Positions 24,745 to 37,099 of a stretch of 64,000 bases of DNA are shown here, in pieces. Numbering within the stretch: the first letter of the stretch is position 1; each line of letters opens with the position of its first letter. Location of the stretch: NCBI GenBank assembly GCA_010015585.1, contig ML975152.1; one strand, written 5' to 3'. Origin of the DNA: Eremomyces bilateralis CBS 781.70. Taxonomy: Eukaryota. A program made the translations under genes and the position numbers. The notes under the pieces were generated by a model. That model was not told the origin of the DNA, searched no databases, and saw nothing but the letters and a program-made list of their open reading frames with translations.

Positions 24745-27428
24745 ATGAAGGTTACTTTACTTCTCCTCTCAGGGTCACTGGCCGCTGCCCAGTTGGCGCC
24801 GGCCGCGCCGGCCGGGTGCAAATTGCTACCTGGAGATGCCAACTGGCCTGCTGATACTGTCTGGAAACAGGCGCTGCCAGAGGTCGTTGCCCGAGGACCC
24901 CAAGAGAATATCACCCGACCGGATTACCGTATCGACGCAGAGTCTTCCGCAGATGTCATCGCAGCTGTCAAGTTTGCCTCTCAGCACAACGTTCGTTTGT
25001 CGATCTTGAACAGTGGTCATGACTTTTTAGGTCGGTGAGTTGGATATGGCTTTATCAAATGTCCTCAACTTCAAGCTAAACTGCGGAAGTGCCGACGCGC
25101 CATCCGGTCTTGCACTCTCTGTAGGAATGTTGAAGGGAATTCGTGCTCTTCCTTCATTTACTCCGTCGGCTCAAGGGGCACAAAGCGCTGCAGGGGCAAC
25201 GGCGAATGTCATTAAACCCGCTGCGGGAACGCAAGCTGCTGTAACCATTGGAGCCGGTGTCACAACCCAAGAGCTAAATGATGCTCTCGAAGGGTCTGGT
25301 CTTTTCACGATGGGCGCCGCACACGGTAATTTTGCCAGACCATACGATTCGACCGCGCAAATAACGTTTTCTAGGCTCCGTTGCCGTTGCAGGCGGGTAC
25401 AGTCAGGCTGCTGGCCATGCCCCCTTTTCACACAAATATGGTCTTGGGGCCGACCAAGGCGAGTATCCATGTCCCTGGGTCTCATGAGTCTTACTGACTT
25501 GATTTCAGTGCTCGAGTACAAAGTTGTCACTGCTGACGGCCAGCTTCGCGTTGCGAATGCAGTCACGAACTCTGACCTCTTCTGGGCGCTTCGCGGTGGT
25601 GGCGGCGGCACTTTTGGTGTCGTCGTTGAGGCGACTATCAAGTGAGTGGCCTCTGCAAAATCTGGGGCTTTGGAGCTTATATTCTATCTAGGGCATTCCC
25701 ATCTCCTAAGGTTTCCTTGATTGCGTTCTTCCTGAACACGACTGACTACAACGACCACAAATCTATTTATCCGACTCTCGCATACATGCACCAAGAGTTC
25801 AAGCAGCTGAACGAAAAAGGTAACTCCGGATACTATTTCATGTTCAACAATGCGGTTAAGGGTACCTTCATCAACGGCGACGACGGAGTGACTCCAGCCT
25901 CGTTGAACGAAACCTGGCAGCCTGTATTACAGCGCATGGCCAATATGCCCGGCATGAACCCGAAGACGCTCGTCGTTTCCACCAAGGAGTTCTCGAATTT
26001 CAAGCAATTCTACGATGGTGCCTTCGGATCCGCGGCCGGTCACGATCATGGTGCTACCGAAGAAACCGGCGGCCATGATCACGCCTCCGAGCCTACCGAA
26101 GCGACTGGTGGTCATGATCACGCTTCCGAGCCTACCGAAGCGGCTGGCGGTCATGATCACGCTGCTGAGCCTACCGAGCCGGCTGGCGGTCATGATCATG
26201 GTACCGAGACTGCAGGGACTACGGAGCCTAGCACACCAGCTGCTGGAGGGCATGAGCACGGCGCGGAAACCGCTGGCACGGAAACCGCTGGCGGCCATGA
26301 CCATGATTTGGGCAGCATTCCTTCCGCCGCACCCACGTCCGCTCCACTTGAGTGGGTTGGCACCGGTCTCAGTGGCTCTTCATCGACTGGACTTGCGGAT
26401 CCCTCTGGCTTGCTACCGGTTGGTGGTGCGCCTGTTGGTGGTGCATCTCCTCCGTCAGCGCCATCGACGCCATCGACGGGCTCATCGACCACACCAGCTT
26501 CCCCCGGAACGGGCGCCGGATCTGGACTATCAGGCCTTTTCTCAGGCAGCGGGGGCCTTTCAAGCTTGTTTGGCTCCGGATCCAGTGGGGGAGGACTTTC
26601 CAGCCTGTTTTCAGGTCTGTTCGGAGGTCAGGGTGGGACAAGCAAGTCAAAGAAATCGGACATCCCCGAAGTGGAAGCCAGGGAATTGGATATGGATCTC
26701 TCGCCCGGTTTCCTCAAGAACCTCCTTCGACGTCATGGTGACGAAGCTATGTCCAATGCCATGGGCATCATTCCGCTCGACAGTCGTTTGCTCGGTGAGA
26801 AGGAACTGAGCAGCCCTCAGCTCGCCGAAGCTTTGGAAAAGTCCATGCCGGACATGGTGGCCGGACAGATTCGCGGCCATCTGATTGGCGGTGGTAAAGT
26901 CTTGACCCAAGGCCAGGACACATCTGTTCTTCCAGCCTGGCGTAAGTCCTACGTGCACTTGATTGGTACCGGTGTGGGATTCCCAGATGTGTCCGGGTTG
27001 AAGGCCTTGGACCCGACAATGGGGGCATACTCTAACGAGGTACGTCTATTTCATGAACACGTTAAACACAATCAGCGATTGACAATGGTTAGGCTTCCAT
27101 TAAAGAACCAAACTGGAAACAAACCTTTTGGGGTTCCAACTATAATCGACTTTCCGAGGTTAAGACCAAGTATGACCCAAATCAAGGTATGTGTTCGTTT
27201 TTGCTCACCTGAAAGCCAATAGCTAAATATCTTTTAGTTTTCTGGGTGACACCTGGTATTAATGCCGATCAAATGGTGGTCAATAATGGCCGTCTTTGCA
27301 AGGCGACCGGTCCTAGTACCAACTCCCGCGTGCCTCCGGAGAACGACAACAAAAATTATGGCGGTCAGTCGAGTGGTGACGACTCAGGCGACGGATCCCC
27401 GTTCCCACTCCTATATCAAGGTGCTTGA
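24745..27428 (+). CDS. Secreted FAD-linked oxidoreductase (BBE-like, FAD_binding_4 + BBE domains) with a large His-rich/low-complexity insertion
   Basis: Signal peptide MKVTLLLLSGSLAAA; GHDFLGR (covalent-FAD His motif); DLFWALRGGGGGTFGVV; AYSNE, FWGSNYNRLSEVKTKYDPNQ and FWVTPGIN at the C-terminus. Confidence 0.9.
26038..26306 (+). repeat. Coding tandem repeat, ~39-bp period (GGHDHASEPTEAx), 7 GH(D/E)H motifs
   Basis: ggccatgatcacgcctccgagcctaccgaagcgact / ggtcatgatcacgcttccgagcctaccgaagcggct / ggtcatgatcacgctgctgagcctaccgagccggct and degenerate flanking copies. Confidence 0.9.
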
Positions 27429-28192
27429 TCACATTTTTCGATCGTCTCGATGAACATCGGATCGTGAGGCCATCCAGTTTTATGTACATAGCTTTCAACA
27501 ATTCACCTTGACTTAACTAGTTTCTCTGGGACCTCATCGGCAATCAAACGGCAAGCCAAGAGATTTTATTGATAGCCATGTTTCTGAAGGCCGGCAGCAT
27601 TGGCCCCGTGGAGGCGAGTTCACTTATGTCGACAGTTCTCAGGCATCTCTGCTCCCGGTTTCAAAGGATCAATTGTAAGGCTTTGTACATGTATGGCTGA
27701 CACCCCGATTCAGTCCCTATAATCCACTGCAAATTACACTAGAATGAGCAAATCATGTCGCTTCACGCTCAACTTTGTTTCCAAAAGGTCATAATCATCC
27801 TGCCAGAGATAAGAACCGATTTGGTGACCAATATCCTAACAAGATTTGAGTGTTATTTAAAGATTCGGTTGGAGGCACGTGTGGCAGGATAGGTCGGTCT
27901 CGGCGCCGTCAGTGCCTGGATTGCAAATTGAATCGATATTAATTGCACCGCGCACAAATGAACCACTGGACTCCAAAAGTATACTCATGCAGAAAAACCA
28001 ATCAAATATCACGAAATTGGATACCTGCCGCCAAACGCGACTTGAAGCCATGGTGGTTGGGCATGCCCATTCATAATCCATTTCCACCCAGTGCTAGTTC
28101 GACCACATATTAGACCGTAGATCCCTTGACGTAGCTGAAACACAATCCGCCGCTCTTCACTTCCTATCCAAGAGGACATAGTGCTCATCGCA

Positions 28193-28752
28193 ATGAAATT
28201 CCCGGTCATTATTTTGTCAACATTGGCGGCTCTAGCATTTGGAGCGGCGCTGCGGCCACGTGCTCTCGAGCCTTGCGAATGCGATCCGCCAGTATGCCCG
28301 CAGCAGTTCTTGGATGCTTTATATGTAAGTTCACCCAACCAATGACCTTCCATGGATGTTTAAGCACATCGGGTTGGAGACCAGTTTGATTGAGTCGATA
28401 ACTAACAATTCACAGATCTGTCAGTGTCACAATAATCACGCGTACGCCTGCTGGCAGAGGAATTCAAGAACATGCCAGAGTCCATCATTGGTTGTATGAC
28501 CCCGCCCATATTTGTATAACACAAAGTCTGTTCTCCATCTAACAGTATAAAAAGGAATGCGCTACAGCGGCTCCAATTGCGACTGACACCCCAACACCGG
28601 CGAACTCAACGATTACGACCACGACATCCACGATTGATTCGACCACGGAGACTGAATTACCACCGTTTATGGTGGTTGATCCATACCCGTCCCCGACAAC
28701 TTGTATTGACCTAGGTCCTGGATCAAACTCATCGACAACTGCGGCACCTTAG
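28193..28752 (+). CDS. Small secreted cysteine-rich protein with Thr/Pro-rich tail (~135 aa, 3 exons)
   Basis: Exons 28193-28324, 28416-28493 and about 28555-28752, with GT..CTAAC..AG introns in phase 0. Protein: MKFPVIILSTLAALAFGAALRPRALEPCECDPPVCPQQFLDALY|ICQCHNNHAYACWQRNSRTCQSPSLV|ECATAAPIATDTPT... Confidence 0.78.
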
Positions 28753-29350
28753 GCCATGTCAGATCCGCGAGAGCGTTCGGACAATTGGAAAAGAATATAG
28801 CAAAGAATTGGGAAGATGAGATGCCATAAGATGAGCGGTCACAGATAGTATAACATAGAATTTGAACGGTATTGAAGAAGTACGGGTGATGGATGGTGGC
28901 AGTGATTGATGTACAGTTTCCCCAGTTGGTGTGGGTATAGCATAGCAGTAGCAGCTTCAATTCTAAATGACGAGGAATACTACGACTTGAGGTTGACTAT
29001 GAGATGAACTAAACTGAATATTCCTGGATCAAAACATTGAAAAACATTGACTAACTTGAAAGATGTCAAGATGTAGGAATCTCGTGAAGAGTCGGAACAG
29101 AAATGAGGATTCTCCAATCCCGTGAGCGCCAAGACCGGATAGCCCCAGTAGCCAATCAGACGCGGCGTAATCCAAGCTTTGATCACCTTCGTCAACTTTG
29201 ATCTGAAGTCGAATCCTCTCCAGTCTTTGGACTTCACGCCTTTCCCCCATCAACCCATTCCATTGCCTCAGCGTCCGGCGCCTGCAATTGCTCTCATTGA
29301 GCAATCCCATCCCTTCCATCTCCTCTCCCTCGATCGCCGCCATCCACACA

Positions 29351-30577
29351 ATGTTGGCCCGGTCGTGCGCACGGGCGACTCGCTCGTCGGGTCCGATTCG
29401 GTCGCTGCTACAGAAGGCCACCTCGGTATGTGCCTGAATTCTTCATCCCGCCTTCAATCCGCGCGATTGGCCGCTGGATCGGCGTGGTTGCAAATATTGA
29501 ACCGCTACTGACATGTTCTCCATAGCGTGCGTCCTCAACATCGGCATCGGAACCCTCAAAAGCTGGCAACGTGGTGGGGAATATTCTCGCTACATCGGGG
29601 GCAACGCTGGTCGGTGTTGGTGCTGTTGCGTGGTACTACAATCAATATGGACCGCGTGCATTGGCGATGACACCGGCTGAGGAAGGGTAAGTCGGCAGTT
29701 GATAACATAATTCGCGAAATCACCCCTTCGACGATTCGGACGGCATCCGTGGAATATGCTAATCCGCCTCGTATATAGTCTTCACGCAACCGCTTATCCC
29801 TGGGAACACGAAAAGCTCTTCAAGACATTCGATCATCAAGCGTAAGGTCGCCCACCCGTCTCGCACGGCAATTTTGCTCAGTCCATGTATAGTCTCCGCC
29901 GCGGTTTCCAAGTCTACCAGGAAGTTTGCGCGGCTTGCCACTCGCTGAGTCGCATACCGTACCGCTCGCTCGTCGGCACGATCATGACCGTGGACGAAGC
30001 CAAGACATTGGCGGAAGAGAACGAATACGACTCCGAGCCGAACGACGAGGGAGATATCGAGAAGCGTCCCGGAAAGCTGGCTGATTACCTCCCTGATCCT
30101 TACAAGAACGATGAGGCAGCTCGTGCGGCCAATCAAGGAGCGCTTCCACCGGACCTCAGCTTAATTGTCAAGGGTCGCCATGGCGGATGCAACTACATCT
30201 TCAGCCTGTTGACCGGATACCCGGAAGAGCCACCGCCAGGTGCCGCTGTACCGGAAGGCCTCAACTTCAACCCGTACTTCCCTGGTACTGGCATCGCCAT
30301 GGCCCGGGTTCTGTATGACGGACTTGTGGAATACGAAGACGGCACGCCCGCGACGTCGTCTCAAATGGCCAAGGACGTGGTCGAGTTCCTGAACTGGGCG
30401 GCCGAACCCGAAATGGACCAACGCAAGAGGATGGGCTGGGAAGTGATGGCGATCGGCAGCGCCCTCATGCTTCTGTCCGTCTGGGTGAAGAGGTACAAAT
30501 GGGTGGGCATCAAGACACGGAAGTTGGTTTATAATCCGCCTGTGGGCCCCAGGTCTCGGACACCGCGTGGTGCATAG
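29351..30577 (+). CDS. cyt1: Cytochrome c1, mitochondrial precursor
   Basis: Presequence MLARSCARATR; AMTPAEEG|LHATAYPWEH; heme motif CAACH; NPYFPGTGIAMARVLYD; C-terminal TM. Confidence 0.97.
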
Positions 30578-30884
30578 AGTGGCACGGGGGGCGTTAGTCG
30601 CGAAGGGATGTTGTGGGCACTAGATTCCGCTCTCATGCGATAGGGGGACTTGTACAAAATACAACTTGTTTGGCACGCCATCCACTTATATCTAAAAAGA
30701 TCGATAGATGTACTTCTGAACTGTACTGTACCGCCAGCTTCTATGAAATTTGGTTTCATTTGTTGCATAGCGTCATCTGATGCGACGGATGGAGACGTGC
30801 TACGCCCAATCCCGCCTCCATACTATTAAGGGAACCCCGAACGCCTCATATGCTCTAACGTTGCCGCATGAATGGCCCCAAAAC

Positions 30885-31719
30885 TCAGAATCGCTCCTTC
30901 ATTCGCGATGACACCGTTCTCAAATTGCCATACACCTTCCCTGGTGGGGCGCCGAGAATCAAGCTCACAATCGCTTCTCGTGCCGCCCGAATATTTTTAA
31001 ACCCTCCCAGGATATGAATTTTTTGATCCGCGAGGACCACCCGGGTCCGACTGGCATTCTCGATGGCGAACTTCGTCTTTCCATCCTTCCCGGCTATCCG
31101 TCCGATGGCTCGGCTCAAATGATCGCCCTGCAGCGTCTTGACGTCCTTGATCTCGAACGTCTCGATGAAGAGGTCGTCCAGCCGCAGCAACGCGATCGCA
31201 TCATCAACGTCGAAGCCCAAGCTGAACGCCTTCACGAAATCCTCGCCCTTCTGCAGCGCGCCGGGGTCGGTTGTGAACTTGGACGTGCGGAGCTCGACGG
31301 CGCGCGATTTGATATTCATCCGCACCTGCAGCTTGAGGTGCTCGACCAGCGGGGGGTAGATCTTCGACCAGTAGCCTTTCAACGGGGTCATGCGGTGGGG
31401 GGGGATGGGGACTTTGCGGCTTTCGATGCGGACGGCGCGGGGACTGTCCTTGGCGGGTGCGAACCGCGGTCGTCCTTCTGCATCGATTTCCATAGCCGTA
31501 TCGTCATGGGCGGAAGGGGCGGAGGAGGAAGTTGCGTCGGCCGGCTGGCCGGTCGTATTTATGAGAAAGTCATTGTCGTCTGTGGGGGCGGTGAGTAAGG
31601 ATTCGTTTCGCCCAACGAAATCGCATTTGCAAGGCAGACGAACCTAGCTGTGTATCCGGAAGGCTATTCTCTTCATCCAACGGCTCTGGTGCTCGTAAAA
31701 GAGCAGTGGGTGCAGGCAT
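30885..31719 (-). CDS. pno1: Pre-rRNA-processing KH protein Pno1/Dim2
   Basis: RKVPIPPHRMTPLK, GRIAGKDGKTKFAIENASRTR and GKVYGNLRTVSSRMKERF; first exon MPAPTALLRAPEP. Confidence 0.96.
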
Positions 31720-32021
31720 GGCGGCGTAATTGTCTGATATATGCGACTTGATTGAATCTGCGATCCCAAAAATTCGAGGGGTCGTGATAGAGAGAATAGA
31801 ATTGTGGGTAATTGCACCGCCACCGGAGAATCCATGCTGTGGCTGGTGTACATGTCTTGGCATCTGATGAATCTCAGTGATGTCGATGTGAATTCTTTCG
31901 CTATTTTGCTGCGTTCTTCGTCATCGATTCATACAGTTGAGAATTTGAGATCTGCTCTTCGACTGATTAGGGCCATCCCCTTCCCCATTCTCCTCGCCAA
32001 GATGATGATTTGGAACAGATA

Positions 32022-34201
32022 ATGCTTCGACATGGCTTGCGGACGGTCGACGGAGGTCTGCGACGCTCACTCGTCGACCTAACAGCTTCCTCTTCCCCAT
32101 CCCCTCCGTCATATATTCGGAGCGTATTCAGCGCTGCATCACAAACCGGATCCTCAGTGCATCAAAGTTTGCTCCCCATCTCATCCCTAAAGGGTTCCAA
32201 ATGGTGTTATAAATATCCCAATGCACCTTTGGGCATCTCCAACTCTTTCCGTCTCCTCTCAGTCTCCCCGTTCAGCCAAATCAGTCCTCCACGCGCTGCG
32301 TCATTCACAACATGGAACCGTGGACTCCCCATTTCGACCAGCCCACACATAAGGTTTGCAAAGGGAAGACAAAAGAGCTCGACAAGCCATGAACCGAGCA
32401 ATCCATCGCATTCCGGTACTCCAAAAGCGGACCCGTCCCCGTCATCGCAGGGCAGCCCTAAGTCCACAGTCGATTCCACACCGACTTCAAAACCGCTATT
32501 CGAGCGAATACCTCACCTCCCTCATAAACTCCATACCCCAACGAAAGAGGAGCTTCTGGCAGCCGCTACAGGGTTCTGGTCGCGCTTCAAGATTCGCTTC
32601 AAATGGTTTTCGATCAAGAGCGCCAGACCGTTTAATATCGACGAGATCAGTGGATTCCTGTCATGGATTCTCGTGGGGCATTTCTTGTGGATTCTGATTG
32701 GAACGACCACATTTTTCTCTCTCCTGATCTTCATGGTCAACACCATGTTTGCGCAGGAGACACTGGCGAAATGGGTTGGGAACTACCTGACGCACTCCTC
32801 TGGCGTGAAGGTGGTGTTCGAGTCCGCAATCGTACCAAAATGGAATGACGGGGTCATCTCTTTCAAGAAAGTCTTCGTGTCGCGACGCCCAGGACAAGGG
32901 AGGTCGAAAGTGACGAAAGGATCCCAGGACTCCGCTGTGGCTGCAGCTGCTGCGTTGGCGGAGCGGGCCAGCGGAGCCGCCCAGCAAGAGGAAGAAGACA
33001 CCAATTATACCCAGTTCGACCTTTCGATCGACACGGTTAACGTCACGCTATCCTTTGCGAAATGGATGAACGGGAAAGGCCTGTTGAAAGACGTAGAGAT
33101 GCACGGGATCCGTGGCGTGGTTGATCGAACGCCCGTTCATGCGCTGGAAGAATATGTCGATCCACGATCGTACAAGCATGAGCACAATACCGGCGATTTC
33201 GAGCTGGATTCGTTCAAAATGGAGGATCTTCTAGTCACGGTCTACCAACCCGGGGGTTTCCGGCCGTTCGCGGTCAGCATCTATTCATGCGACTGCCCGC
33301 GCCTCCGGAAACAGTGGCTCTTCTATGATTTTCTGTCCGCTAATACAATCCACGGATCCTTCGATAACTCCCTCTTCACCATTCACCCTCGACAGACGCA
33401 CAATTATACCGGAGCTCAGCTTAACCAGGGACGAGAGCTTGATGGAGAGTCGCCCTGGAAGAAGCATAGCCGCATCAGAATCGATGGTCTAAATATCGAT
33501 CACCTTAATCGTGGTGTCGAAGGACCCTTCTCATGGATCCACGAAGGCAACGTCGATATCGTAGCCGACATCATGTTTCCTGCCGACGACGATGGCAGCA
33601 TCACCAAGGTAATGTCGGACTTCTACGACCGCATGGAGGCAACGGTCACGTCGAACGGCCAGGGCAATACCTCCGACGATATCGACAACGAGGCGGCCAA
33701 CAACCACCCCCTCATCGAAAACGAGGACCCCCAACGCCCGGAGCGGTTCATGGTGATCGATCTGCGGATCCACCTCAACGACGTCCGCGCCGCCGTGCCG
33801 TTGTTCACCAAGGAAATCTCCTATGTGAACAACGCGCTCGTCCGGCCCATCGTCGCGTACATCAACTCCCAGAAAACTTTCATCCCGATCAATTGCCGAG
33901 TAGTCAAGCGCGCCGACGAGTTCGACGGCAGTTGGACGATCTTCGACAGTGGGTTGATGGATGACTTGTCTCAAGAGGTAAGCTTGCATCTAATTATCCC
34001 TCGCGGTCATTGGCGCCCAATCGCATCTGCTGTTGCGCTTGGAATGCATTTCTAACATGACGTCAGACCTACACAGCCTTTGTTCGGAACATCACCGACG
34101 ATGACGACGCCCGTCGGCGACGCTTCCGCAAAGTTGGCATTTGGACATTGCAGCTGGCCGCGCAAGCGTTGTTCATCGGGCTTGCGGGACATATTGCATG
34201 A
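32022..34201 (+). CDS. mdm31: Mitochondrial distribution and morphology protein 31
   Basis: LLAAATGFWSRFKIRFKWFSIKSARPFNIDEI, VFESAIVPKW and LRKQWLFYDFLSAN; last exon RRRFRKVGIWTLQL. Confidence 0.95.
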
Positions 34202-34441
34202 ATACACCTTTAAATCTGCCTTCGGCCTCCTGCATCGCCTTTACATGCATAGGGCCAGGCAAAATTCGTTTGTGCTTAGCGTTTGGAGTTCGGATACAGT
34301 GGCTTTAGGTTCGGGTGGGCTTCGGAGTACGATGTCAGTAGCTATGCCTCGCTGGCCTCCGGAGGAGGGAATTGGAAGAAGCCTTTTCATGTATCTCCGC
34401 TGTATGTATATGTATGATAATCCTGCGCTTGCTTTTTGGCC

Positions 34442-37099
34442 CTAGGGGATGAGCTCGATCCGTCCCTGGATCACCGATGTTATTTCAACCCCCTCCGCGT
34501 CGTAGACTGCATAGCAGGGCACCAGTTTTGCGGATTTATGCCATAGGCTAACAGAGCTCAAAGTCGCCCCGCTTGCTGTGTATGCTGTATAGTGTGCCCC
34601 TGATCCTTCACTCTTCCCTCGCATGTCCCACAGTTCGCGAAATGCGTCCACTCCTAACAGCGCCTCCTCCACGTCCGGTATCTCTTCCCCCGTGTCCAGC
34701 CCCGCCGTGAACATGAATGTCCCGGTCCCTCGCACCTGTACCACGTACAATTTCCTCCGGATGCCGGGGATGTCGAGCCACTGCACCACGGCGTCTCCAT
34801 TTGCCATGCCGACCGCGCTCCACTCGATATCGGCACCTCGCGGCAACTCGGCCACCCGTACCACATACATCGGCGGGGTCGAGTCGTATCCGGTTGTGGT
34901 CGCTCCGGTCATATGCACATGGCGCATGTCCGGTAGCCTCGGGCGATGATCCACAGTGTTCGTCTGTTGGAGATGTTTCGACGGGTTTGGTTGTGGCGCC
35001 TGTTCTTTTTGTTGCGCCACCCACGCCGGTCGGTTCTGAAGGTCCCACACGTCGATTTCGTGGGACTCCTCGTCCTCCGTGTCCGACACCTCATCTGCGC
35101 TTTCGTTCGTTCGCCTCTGGCTAGCAAGATGTGCATTCTGCCACACACTTGCAGCAGTCCTCGCACTGGCAGCTGCGGTATGGGACGAGCTCTTCAGATG
35201 CAGTTCCACATTCTCGCTATGTGAGTGACTTGGTGGAATGGCAATGTAGGCGATTCCGCTGAGCCAGCAGTGGACAGACATGGATCGTCCGACGCGGAAA
35301 AGGTGCTGCAAAGCGAGGACCGTCCGAGATAGGAACAAATAAGGTTGCGAGCTACCGGTCTCCGGTAGGACGACCTCCTCCCCGGAGATATTGAGGGAAG
35401 TTAAAGGATGGTCCAGAAGCTGCATAGATGATGGGACAAGCGGGATCTGTCCCGCCATATATATAATTTTGGGTGCACTCCGCATGTCAAACTCAGAGTT
35501 CTCTTCGATTAATGCTTTCACTGGAAGCAGCGGAATTGCAATTGCCTGAGAATACGGCCCAATATTTGCTGGAGCCCAGTAGGACCAACTCTGCACATGC
35601 AGTCCCGTTCGCTCGGCTTGTCGCCCAAGTTCGACCACCACTGATAGTAGCACGTCGCATCCAGGTGGCATTGCCGACCCGCAGGACACAGCGACGCGTG
35701 CAGGAGGTAAGGGGAGGGGGAAGAAAGCTGCATATATCGGGTTGAGAACGGTAAAGTCGGACATGGAGCGGAGCAGCAACGTGGAGGAAACAATGGAAGA
35801 GGGTGTGGACGCGTACGTATCGCGGAGATATTGCCTCAACAGGACAAGAATCTTTTCCAGTTGCTCGGACGGCGATGCTCGTTCGTCCGGCGAGGCATGC
35901 ATGTTGGATAGATAGACTGTAAGGCCAACATTGTGAGTGAACCAGGACGGTCTGAGATGAGAGTCCGTTCGGGGAATTTCAGGGGTAACCGTCAACGACG
36001 GTACCACTCCCTCTACCTCCGTCGCCACTGTCGACAGAACTTCCTCGAATTCCGCATCCAGTAACGTGGGTTTTATCGCCGTAGAACGATCGCCTTCCAC
36101 GACATCCCCCTCTTCAACATCCACCACCTTGACGCCCTTCAAATTCACCCACCAGACATCTCCCTCCCCTCTAACCTTCTCCACCTCTCCCGCCTCGATT
36201 CTCCCCTTCCACCGTCCCGGCGGCCCACTCACTACAACAGTCTCATACTCCCCACCCTCCCCCACCACCGCGCCCCCCACCTCCTCCCCGCCATCCCCAA
36301 GAATCCTCCTCAACCCTTTCACTACCTGCGCCCTCCCCTCCCCCAACACATCCGCCCACAGCTCCCCCTCCCCAATCCCCGCACTCGCCACCTTAACGAT
36401 CCGTGCGACCATCCCGGCGGCGCGCATGGTGTCGAGCAGGGAGGCGGCCGCGTAGGCCGGGGGTAGCGACGGCCATTGCCAGAGGGGGGAGAGCGAGACG
36501 AGGCGGAGGCGCGCGCAGATGGACTCGATGCGCGTGCGTTGGTAGGTGCTGAGGACGGCGCCGGTGCTGACGGCGGTGGCGGAGGGGTGGGCGGAGAGGA
36601 CGCGGCGGAGGAGAGGGAGGAGGGACTCGGTTTCGTCGGAGGGAGGAGGGTCGATGAGGGTGGGGGTGGGCGCGACGGCGGCGGGTGTTGGAGGGGATGA
36701 GGATGCGTCGGCTATCGAGAGATTCTCGATCCCATGTGTTCCGTTCCCTTCCCCGTTCCCAGATATCAAGGAACCTGGCCGCGGCCGCTCGTGCGGATGG
36801 TATTCCAGCGTTGTCTCCACCGCCGCGCCAATGATCGGCGCGCGATACAGCGGCAGCCCAAGCAGCTGCGCGTAATGCGGCACGACCGTATGTCCCGCCG
36901 TCTGGTACATGAAGCTGTCTGGATCATCGTTCGCGTCGGCGTCCGCGTCCGCGGGGTCGTGGGCGCGCGGCGCGGGGTACAGGTTGGCTAAAGCCACGAC
37001 GCGGTGCCCGTTGGCTTCGCACTGGAGGATCGAGAAGATGGAGTCTTTCCCGCCGGAGATCAGGGCGATGACATCGTGCGTGGCGCTGGATGGGAGCAT
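34442..37099 (-). CDS. dph6: Diphthine-ammonia ligase with C-terminal RidA/YjgF-like domains, intronless
   Basis: VIALISGGKDS, DSFMYQTAGH, GAVLSTYQRTRIE, GEGGEYET, LHVQSWSYWAPANIGPYSQA and LPRGADIEW. Confidence 0.95.
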   Translation of the reverse strand: MLPSSATHDVIALISGGKDSIFSILQCEANGHRVVALANLYPAPRAHDPADADADANDDPDSFMYQTAGHTVVPHYAQLLGLPLYRAPIIGAAVETTLEYHPHERPRPGSLISGNGEGNGTHGIENLSIADASSSPPTPAAVAPTPTLIDPPPSDETESLLPLLRRVLSAHPSATAVSTGAVLSTYQRTRIESICARLRLVSLSPLWQWPSLPPAYAAASLLDTMRAAGMVARIVKVASAGIGEGELWADVLGEGRAQVVKGLRRILGDGGEEVGGAVVGEGGEYETVVVSGPPGRWKGRIEAGEVEKVRGEGDVWWVNLKGVKVVDVEEGDVVEGDRSTAIKPTLLDAEFEEVLSTVATEVEGVVPSLTVTPEIPRTDSHLRPSWFTHNVGLTVYLSNMHASPDERASPSEQLEKILVLLRQYLRDTYASTPSSIVSSTLLLRSMSDFTVLNPIYAAFFPLPLPPARVAVSCGSAMPPGCDVLLSVVVELGRQAERTGLHVQSWSYWAPANIGPYSQAIAIPLLPVKALIEENSEFDMRSAPKIIYMAGQIPLVPSSMQLLDHPLTSLNISGEEVVLPETGSSQPYLFLSRTVLALQHLFRVGRSMSVHCWLSGIAYIAIPPSHSHSENVELHLKSSSHTAAASARTAASVWQNAHLASQRRTNESADEVSDTEDEESHEIDVWDLQNRPAWVAQQKEQAPQPNPSKHLQQTNTVDHRPRLPDMRHVHMTGATTTGYDSTPPMYVVRVAELPRGADIEWSAVGMANGDAVVQWLDIPGIRRKLYVVQVRGTGTFMFTAGLDTGEEIPDVEEALLGVDAFRELWDMRGKSEGSGAHYTAYTASGATLSSVSLWHKSAKLVPCYAVYDAEGVEITSVIQGRIELIP

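Noticed and set aside
26038..26306. Regularly spaced repeats resembling a CRISPR array
   Set aside because: In-frame coding repeat in a eukaryotic gene, without unique spacers or cas genes.
36100..36700. Strong purine/pyrimidine strand skew
   Set aside because: Lies within the dph6 CDS and reflects Gly/Glu/Val-rich and Pro-rich codons.
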